DNA from: Candidatus Melainabacteria bacterium
GTDB taxonomy: Bacteria > Cyanobacteriota > Vampirovibrionia > Obscuribacterales > Obscuribacteraceae
Length of the DNA stretch: 64,000 nt
Direction of reading: 5' to 3'
NCBI GenBank assembly: GCA_017307165.1
Contig: JAFKGK010000013.1
Span: forward strand, 14,520-78,519
The position numbers and the translations under genes are program-made. The notes beneath the pieces are model-generated. The model searched no databases. It had not been told where the DNA came from and was given only the letters and a program-made list of their open reading frames with translations. Below are positions 20,397-30,184 of the stretch, piece by piece; position 1 is the first letter of the stretch, and every line of letters starts with the position of its first letter.

Positions 20397-22022
20397 ATGA
20401 ATGCCACCAAGAAAATCTCTCGCCTGCTCGCGGGCATCGCGCTCGCCACCGGGCTCTTGCTGGGCCTCTCCGGCACGACCATCGCATTTGCCGACCAGCC
20501 CATCACCACTTCTCAGCAGTCTCAGGCTGCACCGGTCAAGCCCGTCTTTGACGGCAAGCCCGCCTACGATGCCGCCCTCAGCGAACTCGCCAAGCGTCAC
20601 TTCACCCTGGTCGACCCGACCAAGCGTGCCGCCTGGGTCGCCGAATGGCAGCACAAGTTCGACAACACCGACTTTTTCAAGACCGAAGAAGGCACCGACA
20701 AGGCCATGTTCATGCTGGCCTGGAGCCTCGGTCAGCGCTTTGACTACTACAACCCGCCGGCTGCCAACAAGGCGGAAGACGAGCGCTTCAACTCCACTCT
20801 GGCCGGCGTCGGCCTGACGGTGCGCACCAAGGGCCTCGCCAAGGCTATCAAGGCTCTCGGCGACAAGCCCACCGAAGACCAGATGAAGGCTGTGTTCAAG
20901 CTCGCCGACGACCGTCCGTTGATGGTTGCCGACGATCCCGAAGAAGGCACGCCGGCCTTTGCCAGCCACAACCTCAAGAAGGGCGACCGCATCCTTTCCG
21001 TCGATGGAGTCTCCGTCAACGGTCTGACCTCCGACGAGGCGGTCAACAAGATCCGCGGCAAGGAAGGCACCACGGTGACGCTCACCATCAATCGCGTCAC
21101 CGAGTTTTCCAACACGACCTTCGACGTCAAGCTCACGCGCGCCAAGTTCCCGATCAAGGTGGTGCACACCGACGATCTGGGCGCCGGCGTGCTGCACGTC
21201 CGCCTGAGCCACTTTGGCTCTCAGTTTGGCAGTGAGGAAATGGCGCAGGCCTTGTCGGCGACCACGTCCGGCAAGGTTTCGGGTCTCGTCCTGGATCTGC
21301 GCGGCAACCCGGGCGGCATGCTCGACCAGGTGATCGAGATGGCTCAGATGATCATGGACGAGGGCACCATCGTCAGCCAGCTCTATCGGCAGGGCGACAA
21401 GATCATCACCATCACGCACAAGCTGACGCCGACCAACCTCATCGTCGAGGCTTCGGTCGACGGCAAGGTCGTGGAGCGCACCGTGGACGATCGCATCAAG
21501 CGCATCGTGCCCAAGGCGCTGCCGATGATCGTGCTGATCAACGAGGGCTCTGCCAGTGCTTCCGAGATTCTCTCGGGCGCGCTGCAGGACTCCGGTCGTG
21601 CTCTCGTCGTGGGCCAGCCCACGCACGGCAAGGGCGTCGGCCAGACGGTGATCAAGCTCCCGCTCAACCGCAACATGCACGTCACCTCCTTCGAGTTTCG
21701 TCCGGGCGGCATCGCCATGGACTGGATCGGCGTCGTTCCTGACGTGGAGGTCAAGCTGCCGGAGGATGCGGATACCGTCGAGGATCCGTCGACCGATACG
21801 CAGCTCACGGCGGCCAAGCTGGAGATGATCCGTCTCATGCTCGGCGAAGCCGCTCCCGTGCGTGATCCTGCCGAGATGAACGCTCGCAGGCAGGAGCTCA
21901 AGAAGATGCACGAAGACGAGTTTGCCAAGGAAGTCGAAGGCCGCAAGAAGGCCATCGAAGAGTGGACCAAGCCCAAGTCGGCTGCCCCCGCTGCCGATTC
22001 GGCGACGACCGACAAGCAGTAA
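20397..22022 (+). CDS. S41 C-terminal processing peptidase (signal peptide, PDZ domain)
   Basis: It has a signal peptide, a PDZ domain (GDRILSVDGVSVNGLTSDEA..TVTLTI) and S41 motifs (DLRGNPGGMLDQ; INEGSASASEILSGALQD). Confidence 0.8.
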   Translation: MNATKKISRLLAGIALATGLLLGLSGTTIAFADQPITTSQQSQAAPVKPVFDGKPAYDAALSELAKRHFTLVDPTKRAAWVAEWQHKFDNTDFFKTEEGTDKAMFMLAWSLGQRFDYYNPPAANKAEDERFNSTLAGVGLTVRTKGLAKAIKALGDKPTEDQMKAVFKLADDRPLMVADDPEEGTPAFASHNLKKGDRILSVDGVSVNGLTSDEAVNKIRGKEGTTVTLTINRVTEFSNTTFDVKLTRAKFPIKVVHTDDLGAGVLHVRLSHFGSQFGSEEMAQALSATTSGKVSGLVLDLRGNPGGMLDQVIEMAQMIMDEGTIVSQLYRQGDKIITITHKLTPTNLIVEASVDGKVVERTVDDRIKRIVPKALPMIVLINEGSASASEILSGALQDSGRALVVGQPTHGKGVGQTVIKLPLNRNMHVTSFEFRPGGIAMDWIGVVPDVEVKLPEDADTVEDPSTDTQLTAAKLEMIRLMLGEAAPVRDPAEMNARRQELKKMHEDEFAKEVEGRKKAIEEWTKPKSAAPAADSATTDKQ

Positions 22023-22107
22023 GTGTCTCGATTTATCTTTCCGGCGCCTCGCTCAAAGCGAGTTGAGGCGCCGGTTTCTTAACGCGTACCAACCGAAAGG
22101 CACTCTT

Positions 22108-23925
22108 ATGAATATGAACTCGCGACTGATGACCGTTGCGGCGCTCGCCTGCGGTCTCTTGCTGTCGAGCCAACTGCCGAGCATCGCTCAGCAAAAGCCC
22201 GACGCCATCCAGCAGATGGGCCAGCCCATCGACACGTCCAAGGCGCCTCAGCTCCAGATCGTCAAGCCCGACAAGGAGATCAAGGCGCCCGGCACCAAGC
22301 CGACTGACGACAAGAAGCCTGCCACTCCCGGCGATACCAACGCCGCACCGGCGGACAACAAGACCGACGGCGCCGACACCAAGCTCGATCCGTCCAGGCC
22401 CATCCCCGGCATCCCCCTGCCCGGCGGCATGGATCCCAAGATGGTCAAGAAGCTGCAGGAACTGCATGCCACTCTGACCGATACCAGCAAGCAGCCCAAG
22501 CCCGAAGAGCTGGAGGCCATCTACACCGAGGTGTGGGGTTTGGTCGGTCAAAGATACTTTGACGAGACCAAGCTCGCCAACTGGCACCTCTGGGCCAACA
22601 AGTACAAGGGCAAGCTCAACACCGTCGCCGACCTCAACGCCGCTCTGACCGAGATGGTCGGCTCGCTGGGCGATCGCTGGACCAAGTTTACCTCGATCGA
22701 AAAGATGGCTCGCAGCGCCGCGATCTATGGCTCGGGCATCGTGCCTCTGGGCATGTCGCTGGCTCAGCAAGCCGACGGCACGTACAAGGTCGAGGTCTTG
22801 ATGTACGGCTCCACTGCGTGGAACGTCAATCGCTTTCGCTCCGGCGACGTGGTCAAGACGGTCAAGATCACGCGCGCTACCGATGACAAGTCGGCTGCGC
22901 CGAAGGTGGATACCTACAATCTTGCCGGCATGCCCAAGGAGCAGGTCGACGAGATGCTGATGGCTAAGAAGGGGTCCAAGGCCGAACTCACCATCGTCCA
23001 TGACGGTGTGGAGGAAACCATCGAACTCGCGTTCGACGAAACGGCCGATGCTCCCTTCGAAGTGCGCCTCCTGCCCGGCAAGGTCGGCTACGTGCGCGTG
23101 CCTACCTTTGGCACTTCGCCCGAAGAAGGCCAGCAGTTGACGCAGGCCATAAACCAGACGATGAGCGCGCTCTACAAGGCGACCAACGGCGACATGCGTG
23201 GTCTGGTGCTCGACCTTCGTGGCAATACCGGCGGTCTGGTGGAGTTTGCCAAGCAACTGGCTGGCATCTTTATCGAAAAGGGGACCTTCATCCAGACGCG
23301 CGAACGCGATGGCCGGATCATCACCGAGCAGAAAGAGCAGTTTGCTGCTCCGACTGCGGCAGACTTTGCGAACATGCCGCCGGAGATCATCCCCTTCGTC
23401 GCCAGCCTCAAGAAGATGCCGATGGTGGTCCTCGTCAATGGCTCCTCCGCCTCGTCCTCGGAAATCCTGAGCGGTACGCTCAAGGACAACAAGCGCGCGG
23501 TGGTGATCGGCAACCAGACCTTTGGCAAGGCGGTAGCCTTTATCGACATGCCGGTCGGTGACAAGGACAAGCCCCTGGGCGAACTCCAGATCACCATCAT
23601 GCACTACCTGACGCCAAACGGTGACGATCTCTCCCACAAGGGCCTCACGCCCGACCTGGTAGTCGATCAGCCGCGCGGCGTCGCAGTCGATGCTCAGCTC
23701 GCAGCCGGCGTCGCCGTCATCCAGGCCGCCAACGATCGGACCACCGATCCCACCGGTCTGACGGCGCAGGCTCAGCAGCAGGGCGACAGCACCACCAGCG
23801 GTGACTCGCTCATCCTCTGGGGTGTCGGCCTCGGCCTGATCGCGCTCGTGGCGGTGCTGTCGCATCGCCATGCCCGCATCAAGCAGGAGCAGGCCAAAAA
23901 GGACGGCAAGTCCAAATCCAAGTAA
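22108..23925 (+). CDS. S41 C-terminal processing peptidase paralog with C-terminal TM anchor
   Basis: The start at ATG 22108 gives the signal peptide MNMNSRLMTVAALACGLLL. It has S41 motifs (LDLRGNTGGLVEF; NGSSASSSEILSGTLKD) and a C-terminal TM segment (LILWGVGLGLIALVAVL) plus a basic tail. Confidence 0.75.
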   Translation: MNMNSRLMTVAALACGLLLSSQLPSIAQQKPDAIQQMGQPIDTSKAPQLQIVKPDKEIKAPGTKPTDDKKPATPGDTNAAPADNKTDGADTKLDPSRPIPGIPLPGGMDPKMVKKLQELHATLTDTSKQPKPEELEAIYTEVWGLVGQRYFDETKLANWHLWANKYKGKLNTVADLNAALTEMVGSLGDRWTKFTSIEKMARSAAIYGSGIVPLGMSLAQQADGTYKVEVLMYGSTAWNVNRFRSGDVVKTVKITRATDDKSAAPKVDTYNLAGMPKEQVDEMLMAKKGSKAELTIVHDGVEETIELAFDETADAPFEVRLLPGKVGYVRVPTFGTSPEEGQQLTQAINQTMSALYKATNGDMRGLVLDLRGNTGGLVEFAKQLAGIFIEKGTFIQTRERDGRIITEQKEQFAAPTAADFANMPPEIIPFVASLKKMPMVVLVNGSSASSSEILSGTLKDNKRAVVIGNQTFGKAVAFIDMPVGDKDKPLGELQITIMHYLTPNGDDLSHKGLTPDLVVDQPRGVAVDAQLAAGVAVIQAANDRTTDPTGLTAQAQQQGDSTTSGDSLILWGVGLGLIALVAVLSHRHARIKQEQAKKDGKSKSK

Positions 23926-24175
23926 ACCCATCAACCTCATAGAAAGGAGTCCGGCCATGACAGGCATAGGGCAGCACGACCGTATGTAGGTCCTGGTGGG
24001 CGCACTGCTCGTCGCAGTGCAAGAGTGCAGGAGCAAACACCCGCTTGCTCGTCTTCCGTTGAAGCTTTTATAGCTTGCCTCTAGACAATCCCGTCTAGAG
24101 GCGGCTGCCTTACGCCTAAAAAGCCGAGGAAACTGCACTCTCCGCTTGCACCAGGGCCTCCAGATCGGAGGTTTT

Positions 24176-24484
24176 ATGGGCAAGTCTTATCGCGATCGCC
24201 GCGACCACGACGACAACGAGTCGATCGACAACCGTGTCGTCTACATCCACCTCGACGAGATCTACGTTTCCGACGCGACCTGGCACAAGCTGATGACCCG
24301 TGACGGTCAGCAGATTGAGGCCTACCGTCAGGCGTACGAAAACGGCGAGGAGATGGTGCGCGTCGTCCTGCGTCCCCGCTATGACGGCGGGTACAACGTC
24401 GAGGACGGCCGCCACCGCGTCATCGCCGCCAAGCAGGCCGGTGTCGGGCACATCGAGGCCATCATCATCGGCTCCATTGGCTGA
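24176..24484 (+). CDS. Small ParB/sulfiredoxin-like nuclease-domain protein
   Basis: The ATG at 24176 follows ggagg. It has a ParB N-domain-like core (NVEDGRHRVIAAKQAGVGHIEAII). Confidence 0.45.
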   Translation: MGKSYRDRRDHDDNESIDNRVVYIHLDEIYVSDATWHKLMTRDGQQIEAYRQAYENGEEMVRVVLRPRYDGGYNVEDGRHRVIAAKQAGVGHIEAIIIGSIG

Positions 24485-24573
24485 TCACATCTCAGGAAAG
24501 GGGGCTCCTCGCGGGGCCTCCTTTTCTTTTTGGTTATTTCTCTTGGCAACCCAAACCTAAAAATGAGGTCTGC

Positions 24574-25233
24574 ATGAAAATCAAAGCAACTGCACTCCTG
24601 GTAATTGGCGCTCTGGTGGCTCTCGCGCTGGTTCTTGCATCCTGCACGTCGTCCAAGAACGCGCGCTGGCAGGATCTGCCCGGGGACTATCAGCTCACCG
24701 AGCGGGCGGTATTTAAGATCAAAAATGCCTTTGACGTCTCCGACGATCGCGGCAACGACTATGGCAAGGTCTCCGAGGACCTGATCTCCTGGACGAGGAC
24801 TTTTACCTGGTATGACGGCGTCGGCGAAAAGGCCGCATCAGCCAGCGTCGCTCTCGTAAGCTGGGGCACGCGCATCGACGTCCTGGGTGGTGATGGCAAA
24901 AAGGTCGGCACCATCAAGGAAGAGGTCTTGAGCTCGATGTTTAAGACCTGGACCACTTACAAGATCCTCGACGATGCAGGCAACGAGATCGCGACCTCGC
25001 AAAAGGTCGAGTGGCTCGGGACCTCGATCACGCTGACCGGCAACGACGGCAAGACGATCGCAGTGGTGCATCGGCCGGCAATCAACCTCGTGTCTGATAC
25101 CTGGAAAATCTCGGTCAAGGAGACCAATCGCGTCGATTCGCGTGTGCTCGTGATGATCGCGGCATTCAAAACGGCTGTGGACAACGATCGCGAAGCGGCC
25201 GACAAAAAGAAGAAGGACACAGGCAAAAAGTAG
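24574..25233 (+). CDS. Lipoprotein of unknown function
   Basis: It has a signal peptide with a lipobox (LVLASC) and a beta-rich body. Confidence 0.6.
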   Translation: MKIKATALLVIGALVALALVLASCTSSKNARWQDLPGDYQLTERAVFKIKNAFDVSDDRGNDYGKVSEDLISWTRTFTWYDGVGEKAASASVALVSWGTRIDVLGGDGKKVGTIKEEVLSSMFKTWTTYKILDDAGNEIATSQKVEWLGTSITLTGNDGKTIAVVHRPAINLVSDTWKISVKETNRVDSRVLVMIAAFKTAVDNDREAADKKKKDTGKK

Positions 25234-25395
25234 TCTAAGGGTCTGATTTTTTTGGGAGAGGGAAGGGGGAGAAGGAGTGGATGGCTTGCTGCCTCCTTCT
25301 TTCCTTCTCTCTTTCTCAAAAATTTTGCTTTACACTGTTACTTGATATAGTAAGCAAAAGTGGGGCCTAGTTTTGATGTATGAGAGTCTGAGTGC

Positions 25396-25623
25396 TGTTA
25401 GAAATTTGAGAGGTTATGGAGGTTGAAAATGCAGATGGAGACTGAGGGGAATCTATTTTTTTGAAGGGTCGAAAAATTTGTAAAGGCGAAAATTAATTGC
25501 GCTTGACACTGCAAATCCGCTCACTGCAAGCGTTTCAAATTTAATAAAACCCCAAAACCTGCATTTTACATAACTTCACTCATTAATTTTGTGCGAGCAG
25601 AAACAAGACACCGCCTCACTCTC
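25396..25623. repeat. Left copy of an about 228-bp inverted repeat pair
   Basis: It is about 90% identical to the reverse complement of 28632..28859, read directly from the sequence. The shared core reads ...gaagggtcgaaaaatttgtaaag[g/a]cgaaaattaattg[c/t]gcttgacactgcaaa[t/c]ccgctcactgcaa... Confidence 0.85.
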
Positions 25624-25665
25624 CGCGCACATTATTTCTCACGTTTTAGCCGTGACCGTGCCCAT

Positions 25666-27822
25666 TCATTCTTTGAGTTTCCGACTGTAATGCATGGCAA
25701 TTGCATACAAGAGTAGCGCCACTATATTTAGTGCTTTCACTCCAAATGCCATTGATGCATACTCGAGGGCTCCACCGATGAGAGTGCCGAGGAGGTTCAT
25801 GCCGAGAGCCTTGGCGGGATCATTGACTCGCGAGTAGACGATCGCAAAAATCATCGCCGCAAACAAAAGAGGCGACGAAAGGATCATCGAGCCCAGGGCA
25901 ATGCTAGTGAGGGTCGGCAGACCATTGAGAATATTGAGATCAAAGAGGTAGTTACCGATGATCGAGATGAAGAGCAAGGCAAACAGTACGTTGAGGTTTT
26001 TAAATTTGTATTTGATCTGCAGGAGGTTTGCCACCAGAATCATCAGCAAGACGCCCGTCACTACTGCCGAATTGACCAACCACGTGGTGCCAGCCAACAA
26101 GCCCATTTGCGTAACGCTCTTGGTCTCGATCAGCATAAATGCCGCACCGAGAAAAAACATCAAACGCCCGGATGCATCACTGGTAAATGAGCCGAATGCC
26201 TTGCGCACCAGGCCTACGCCCAAGCTGAGAGTAAACAAAAGGCCAAAGGCATAGTTGAAAGTGAGGCCAGGAGTGCGCAAAAACACATACGGCCAATCGT
26301 CTGTCGTCGGATTGACAGCCTTCCATTCGGGCATGTCAAATTTCATCTCTTTGGCTGCCTGGTCCAGATCAAACATCTTGAGACCGCTGTTGCGCACGGC
26401 ATTTGCGTCGAGACCGGGGCCGACTAGCAGAGTCGGACCATTATTGCCTTTGGAGTAGACGCCGATCGGCTCGCCACCATAGCCTTGCTCGACCGAATGA
26501 TAGATGCGCGCCAGCTGCCACCAGGTCAAATAATAAAAGATGACCGACATGACGCCTTTTGGCTTGAGCAGCTGCGATGCGTCGTGAAAGCATTCGCGAG
26601 TGTAGACATAATTGTCGAGTCTGATGGAGGACATCGTCGAAAAAGCGCTGTGGCTGTCGAGATAAGCAAACACAACCAGGTCGTATTTTTTTTGGCAGCG
26701 CCTCAGATAGGCCCGAGCGTCATCCACGATGATGTGGACGCGCGGGTCGGAGTAAGGTTTTTCGGGGTGGATCTCACGGCCGAGTTTTGCGATAGTAGGA
26801 TCGATCTCGACGCAATCGATGTCGGTGGCGCCATGGCGCAGAGCTGCGGCAACGTCATTGCCCGTGCCCGCGGCGAGGACCAGTACGCTGCGTGGAGCAT
26901 CTCCCAGAGCCAGATAAGGCGTATCGTAATAATCGGCCGTGGCTTTGAGCTGCCCAGGTGGGAGTGCGGCGAGCACTTTAGGATCGTTGTTGTAGGCACC
27001 TTCTATGGTGTCATAATTGACGTTGATGTTATAGCCGTATTTAAAGGGCGGGTGGGCGCCTTCTGCAGGCAAGATGGCCTCGGAGAGCGTGATGCGATAG
27101 TAAGGTGACCACATGACGTTGGGCATGCTGAGGCCAAATGCGAGTGCTAAAGAAAGGATGAGCGCGCCGAGCTGGACTGGCTTGCGATAAAAGATCAGCA
27201 TGGGCAAGACGCCGATCAAAAGCCAGATTGGAGGTGTCAAGGACAAAAAGGAGATGCCGGTAAAGAGCAGTATACCGAGGAGGCTTGCAAAAACGTTGAT
27301 GCTGTAGGCTTTTAGGGGCGAAAATTGCTCGAAGAGTTGGCCGATTTTTTGGCCGAGGCCCGCAAATGTGAGGACGAGGATGTAAAAGACACCGACGAGC
27401 ACAATGAGGCCGGAGAGGAAAAAGCGCATCCGGTAAAGGATGTCGGTGTGTTCTTGATTGTCGCCAAAGTTGCCGATGAGGTAGTTTTCGAGTGGGTTGA
27501 TAAAGGTGACGTGTGCGAGATCAAAGACCTGCGAGCCCGATGTGTGGCCGGCGATGCAGATGAGGCCGACGATGACGCATAGCCCGATGGGAAACCATTT
27601 GAAGAGGTCTCGCGGGCTCTTCGATAGCGCCATGCCCAGTCCGAGGCCAAAAAGGCAGGCCATGAGTGGGATGTTTTTGAAATAGGCAAAGATGCGGATC
27701 TCTGATGAGAGCCAGCGTATGATGGCGAGCTCAAAATACAGCGAGGCGGCGCTGATGATCAGGAGCGGCCAGACTGAGGTTTTGGTTTGGGGACTGGTAA
27801 GGTTGTCGGTTTTTTCTTGCAT
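25666..27822 (-). CDS. Polytopic membrane protein with spermidine-synthase-like (aminopropyltransferase fold) domain
   Basis: A 718-aa protein with N-terminal multi-TM segments. Its soluble domain resembles the spermidine-synthase block (VLVLAAGTGNDVAAALRHGATDIDCVEIDPTIAKLGREIHPEKPYSDPRVHIIVDDARAYL..YDLVVFAYLDSHSA). It has further TM segments at the C-terminus. Confidence 0.7.
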   Translation of the reverse strand: MQEKTDNLTSPQTKTSVWPLLIISAASLYFELAIIRWLSSEIRIFAYFKNIPLMACLFGLGLGMALSKSPRDLFKWFPIGLCVIVGLICIAGHTSGSQVFDLAHVTFINPLENYLIGNFGDNQEHTDILYRMRFFLSGLIVLVGVFYILVLTFAGLGQKIGQLFEQFSPLKAYSINVFASLLGILLFTGISFLSLTPPIWLLIGVLPMLIFYRKPVQLGALILSLALAFGLSMPNVMWSPYYRITLSEAILPAEGAHPPFKYGYNINVNYDTIEGAYNNDPKVLAALPPGQLKATADYYDTPYLALGDAPRSVLVLAAGTGNDVAAALRHGATDIDCVEIDPTIAKLGREIHPEKPYSDPRVHIIVDDARAYLRRCQKKYDLVVFAYLDSHSAFSTMSSIRLDNYVYTRECFHDASQLLKPKGVMSVIFYYLTWWQLARIYHSVEQGYGGEPIGVYSKGNNGPTLLVGPGLDANAVRNSGLKMFDLDQAAKEMKFDMPEWKAVNPTTDDWPYVFLRTPGLTFNYAFGLLFTLSLGVGLVRKAFGSFTSDASGRLMFFLGAAFMLIETKSVTQMGLLAGTTWLVNSAVVTGVLLMILVANLLQIKYKFKNLNVLFALLFISIIGNYLFDLNILNGLPTLTSIALGSMILSSPLLFAAMIFAIVYSRVNDPAKALGMNLLGTLIGGALEYASMAFGVKALNIVALLLYAIAMHYSRKLKE

Positions 27823-27933
27823 AACACGTATTAGACCCAGATTTTTGCGTCTATATCCTTCTGATAATGTGTGCTGTTTGTTTTGGGGTGTAGTAAGAAC
27901 GGGTATGCTTAATGAGACTATTGAGGGAAAAAG

Positions 27934-28512
27934 TTGACTTTTTGGACCAAGTTAAGTCAAGACGTTGAGAATAGATACGCCGCTTGCGTTAAAGACCGCG
28001 TACGGCTATACATGACTCGATATCGCAAGGCTCATGATGAAGCTTTGGCTGCATCTTTGCACATCGATGGCGCAAAGGTCTTGGACTTTTCTTACATGAT
28101 CTATTGTCGTGAAACCTGGTATGCCGCTCAAAGCGGAGTAATATTCGAGCTGAGGCCAAAATATGCTGCGGATCGCGATGTTTTCCAAGTCGATGACGTA
28201 TGGAGTGCTTTTATGCACCTAAGAGATGATTCCATTGATGCAGCGCTAACATCGCAGTGCCCTTTAAAACGAGCTTTGTCGATTCTGGATGCTCGCGTGG
28301 GCAAAAGGCGTCTAACAAAAATCAATGTAATCGACGAAACTCAACTAGTGCAGCGCCTCTGGTATTTGCGCTGTAGTTCCGAGGGCATCTCCATTCCCGA
28401 TGATATTAAAGTCAATCTGAGACCTTTAACAGAAAAAATAAGGACTGATTATTACTCAAATCTCTATAAAGCGATGAGCAAGCAAGAAATTGAGAATCAT
28501 ATGATTGTATGA
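27934..28512 (+). CDS. Hypothetical protein (192 aa), divergent partner of the membrane spermidine-synthase-like gene
   Basis: It is an ORF of coding-like composition inside the repeat-bounded cassette. I recognise no family. Confidence 0.4.
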   Translation: MTFWTKLSQDVENRYAACVKDRVRLYMTRYRKAHDEALAASLHIDGAKVLDFSYMIYCRETWYAAQSGVIFELRPKYAADRDVFQVDDVWSAFMHLRDDSIDAALTSQCPLKRALSILDARVGKRRLTKINVIDETQLVQRLWYLRCSSEGISIPDDIKVNLRPLTEKIRTDYYSNLYKAMSKQEIENHMIV

Positions 28513-28631
28513 GGCAACCTAGAAATCAAGTTTTTGATAATTAGCAGTGCTCTGTTGGGGTTTGTTTTTTGTCGAAATATCTAACAGGTGGTTAGATTTT
28601 TGGTGAAAATTTTGGTTGCTGTGGATGAGAT

Positions 28632-28859
28632 GAGAGTGAGTCGGTATCTGCTTTTCGTCCCGACAAAATTAATGAGTGAAGTTTTGTAAAATGCGGGTTT
28701 TGGGGTTTTATTAAATTTGAAACCATTGCAGTGAGCGGGTTTGCAGTGTCAAGCACAATTAATTTTCGTCTTTACAAATTTTTCGACCCTTCAAAAAAAC
28801 AGATCCCCCTCAGTCTCCATCTGCATTTTCAACATCCAAAACCTCTCAAATTTCTAACA
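28632..28859. repeat. Right copy of the about 228-bp inverted repeat pair
   Basis: It is the reverse complement of 25396..25623, read directly from the sequence. Confidence 0.85.
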
Positions 28860-29017
28860 TCACACCCCCCACATTAAGCAAAACCCCAAACCCACTATAC
28901 CATATAACAACTCCTTGCACAAAAAAATCCAACCGGCAGACACAGCCCTTTCACCACCAAAGGCAAAAGAACCGCGTCCACCGGCCAGATATTTTAGAGC
29001 GCAGCGCGCAACATGCT

Positions 29018-30184
29018 TTAGAGCGCAGCCACCACGACCCACAGACGGAAACGCCCGATCAACCGATCGGCCATCCCATAAAACACATCGTAGACGTGCT
29101 CGTCATCATGCGTCGCAAGATCAGCCCGCTCGACGATGCCGGTGGGAAACACGACATTGTTGACGATGCCTTCCAGCTCATCGCGCGTCTCAGGCTTGAT
29201 AGCCGGCTCCGGCGAGACGTATTTGATGCGATGCGGCTCATCGCCGTCATGCAGCATCACGCCGCCAGCATAGCGCCCCTGGTATCCCGAAGGCCGCGTC
29301 GCCGACGCAAACTGATCGACACCATGAAAGATCTCGAGCAGATTGCCCGCGAGCAAGCCACGCGTGATCTTGACCGGAGCAGTGCCCGCGCCGCACTTAA
29401 AAGTCCCCCAGGCATCGAGCGGCGCAAAGACCAGCTCCGACTCGGTCACCTTGAGGATATTGGCAAAGTCAGCGCGCACAGCGTACAGAGGGATGTACGC
29501 AATGCGGATGCACTGCCGATCGGTGGGCGCCGCAGCCAGAGTCGACTGCACCACGTCCATGCCATCGCGAGCCGGGATATTGGTCATCGGCCGATGGTAA
29601 AGCGCCAGCGACACTTCGCCGGAGGGCGACATCACCGGCTCCGGAAAAAATGCCGCGTCCTTGTCATCGGGATGCAACCCAAAGGTCTCGGGGATATCCA
29701 GAAGCCCCAGACGGTGCCACTTGTATCCGTCCTGCGACCAGGCGAGCGCGATGCGAGGACCGGCCAGACCAAAGGCGGTGTAGCACATCATGTACCGATC
29801 GAGCTCGGCGATAAAGGTCACGCGAGGGTCTTCGCAGCCTTCACCGCCGATGGTGACGCTCTTGCCCGACTCGTCGATGCGGCGACGACGCTCGTAAGCG
29901 GCCTGCGGCACGAGGGCAAAGCCGACGCGCTCATAGGGAGCTTCGTTGCCATCAGCGTCGACGACGGGCTTGCCGTCGGCCCAGAGCTGACGGATCATTT
30001 CGAGACGCGACTGGTTGCCGTGGGCGACCGAGCGCATCATGACGATGAGGTGGCCGTCGCGATCATGGTAGACGGCGGGGTTGAGCACGCCTTCGACCTG
30101 ATAAGGACCGACAGGCGAGGCGACGATGCCGAGGCGCTCGACGCGAGTGGTGATCTTGACGGCAGAGGTGAGGTTGTTTTCCAT
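29018..30184 (-). CDS. GH130-like / DUF377 beta-propeller glycosidase-phosphorylase family protein
   Basis: It has GVLNPAV..DG..LIVMMRSVA and GEGCEDPRVT blocks typical of GH130/GH43-like five-bladed propellers. The start was chosen at MENNL (30184), which is M28 of the track ORF. Confidence 0.5.
   Translation of the reverse strand: MENNLTSAVKITTRVERLGIVASPVGPYQVEGVLNPAVYHDRDGHLIVMMRSVAHGNQSRLEMIRQLWADGKPVVDADGNEAPYERVGFALVPQAAYERRRRIDESGKSVTIGGEGCEDPRVTFIAELDRYMMCYTAFGLAGPRIALAWSQDGYKWHRLGLLDIPETFGLHPDDKDAAFFPEPVMSPSGEVSLALYHRPMTNIPARDGMDVVQSTLAAAPTDRQCIRIAYIPLYAVRADFANILKVTESELVFAPLDAWGTFKCGAGTAPVKITRGLLAGNLLEIFHGVDQFASATRPSGYQGRYAGGVMLHDGDEPHRIKYVSPEPAIKPETRDELEGIVNNVVFPTGIVERADLATHDDEHVYDVFYGMADRLIGRFRLWVVVAAL

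Noticed and set aside
9779-24183. Further long antisense or overlapping ORFs (9779..11212-, 14817..15647-, 15400..16722-, 16710..18851-, 18856..20487-, 20304..21911-, 22033..24183-, 30939..32678-, 33144..33761-) and the alternative-frame ORFs inside real genes
   Set aside because: They have the same GC-driven artefact signature. Each overlaps a better-supported gene on the other strand.
28860-29017. Direct repeat tttagagcgcagc x2 (28993-29030) downstream of the right inverted repeat
   Set aside because: It is too short and isolated to interpret. It is possibly part of a terminator for the GH130-like gene.
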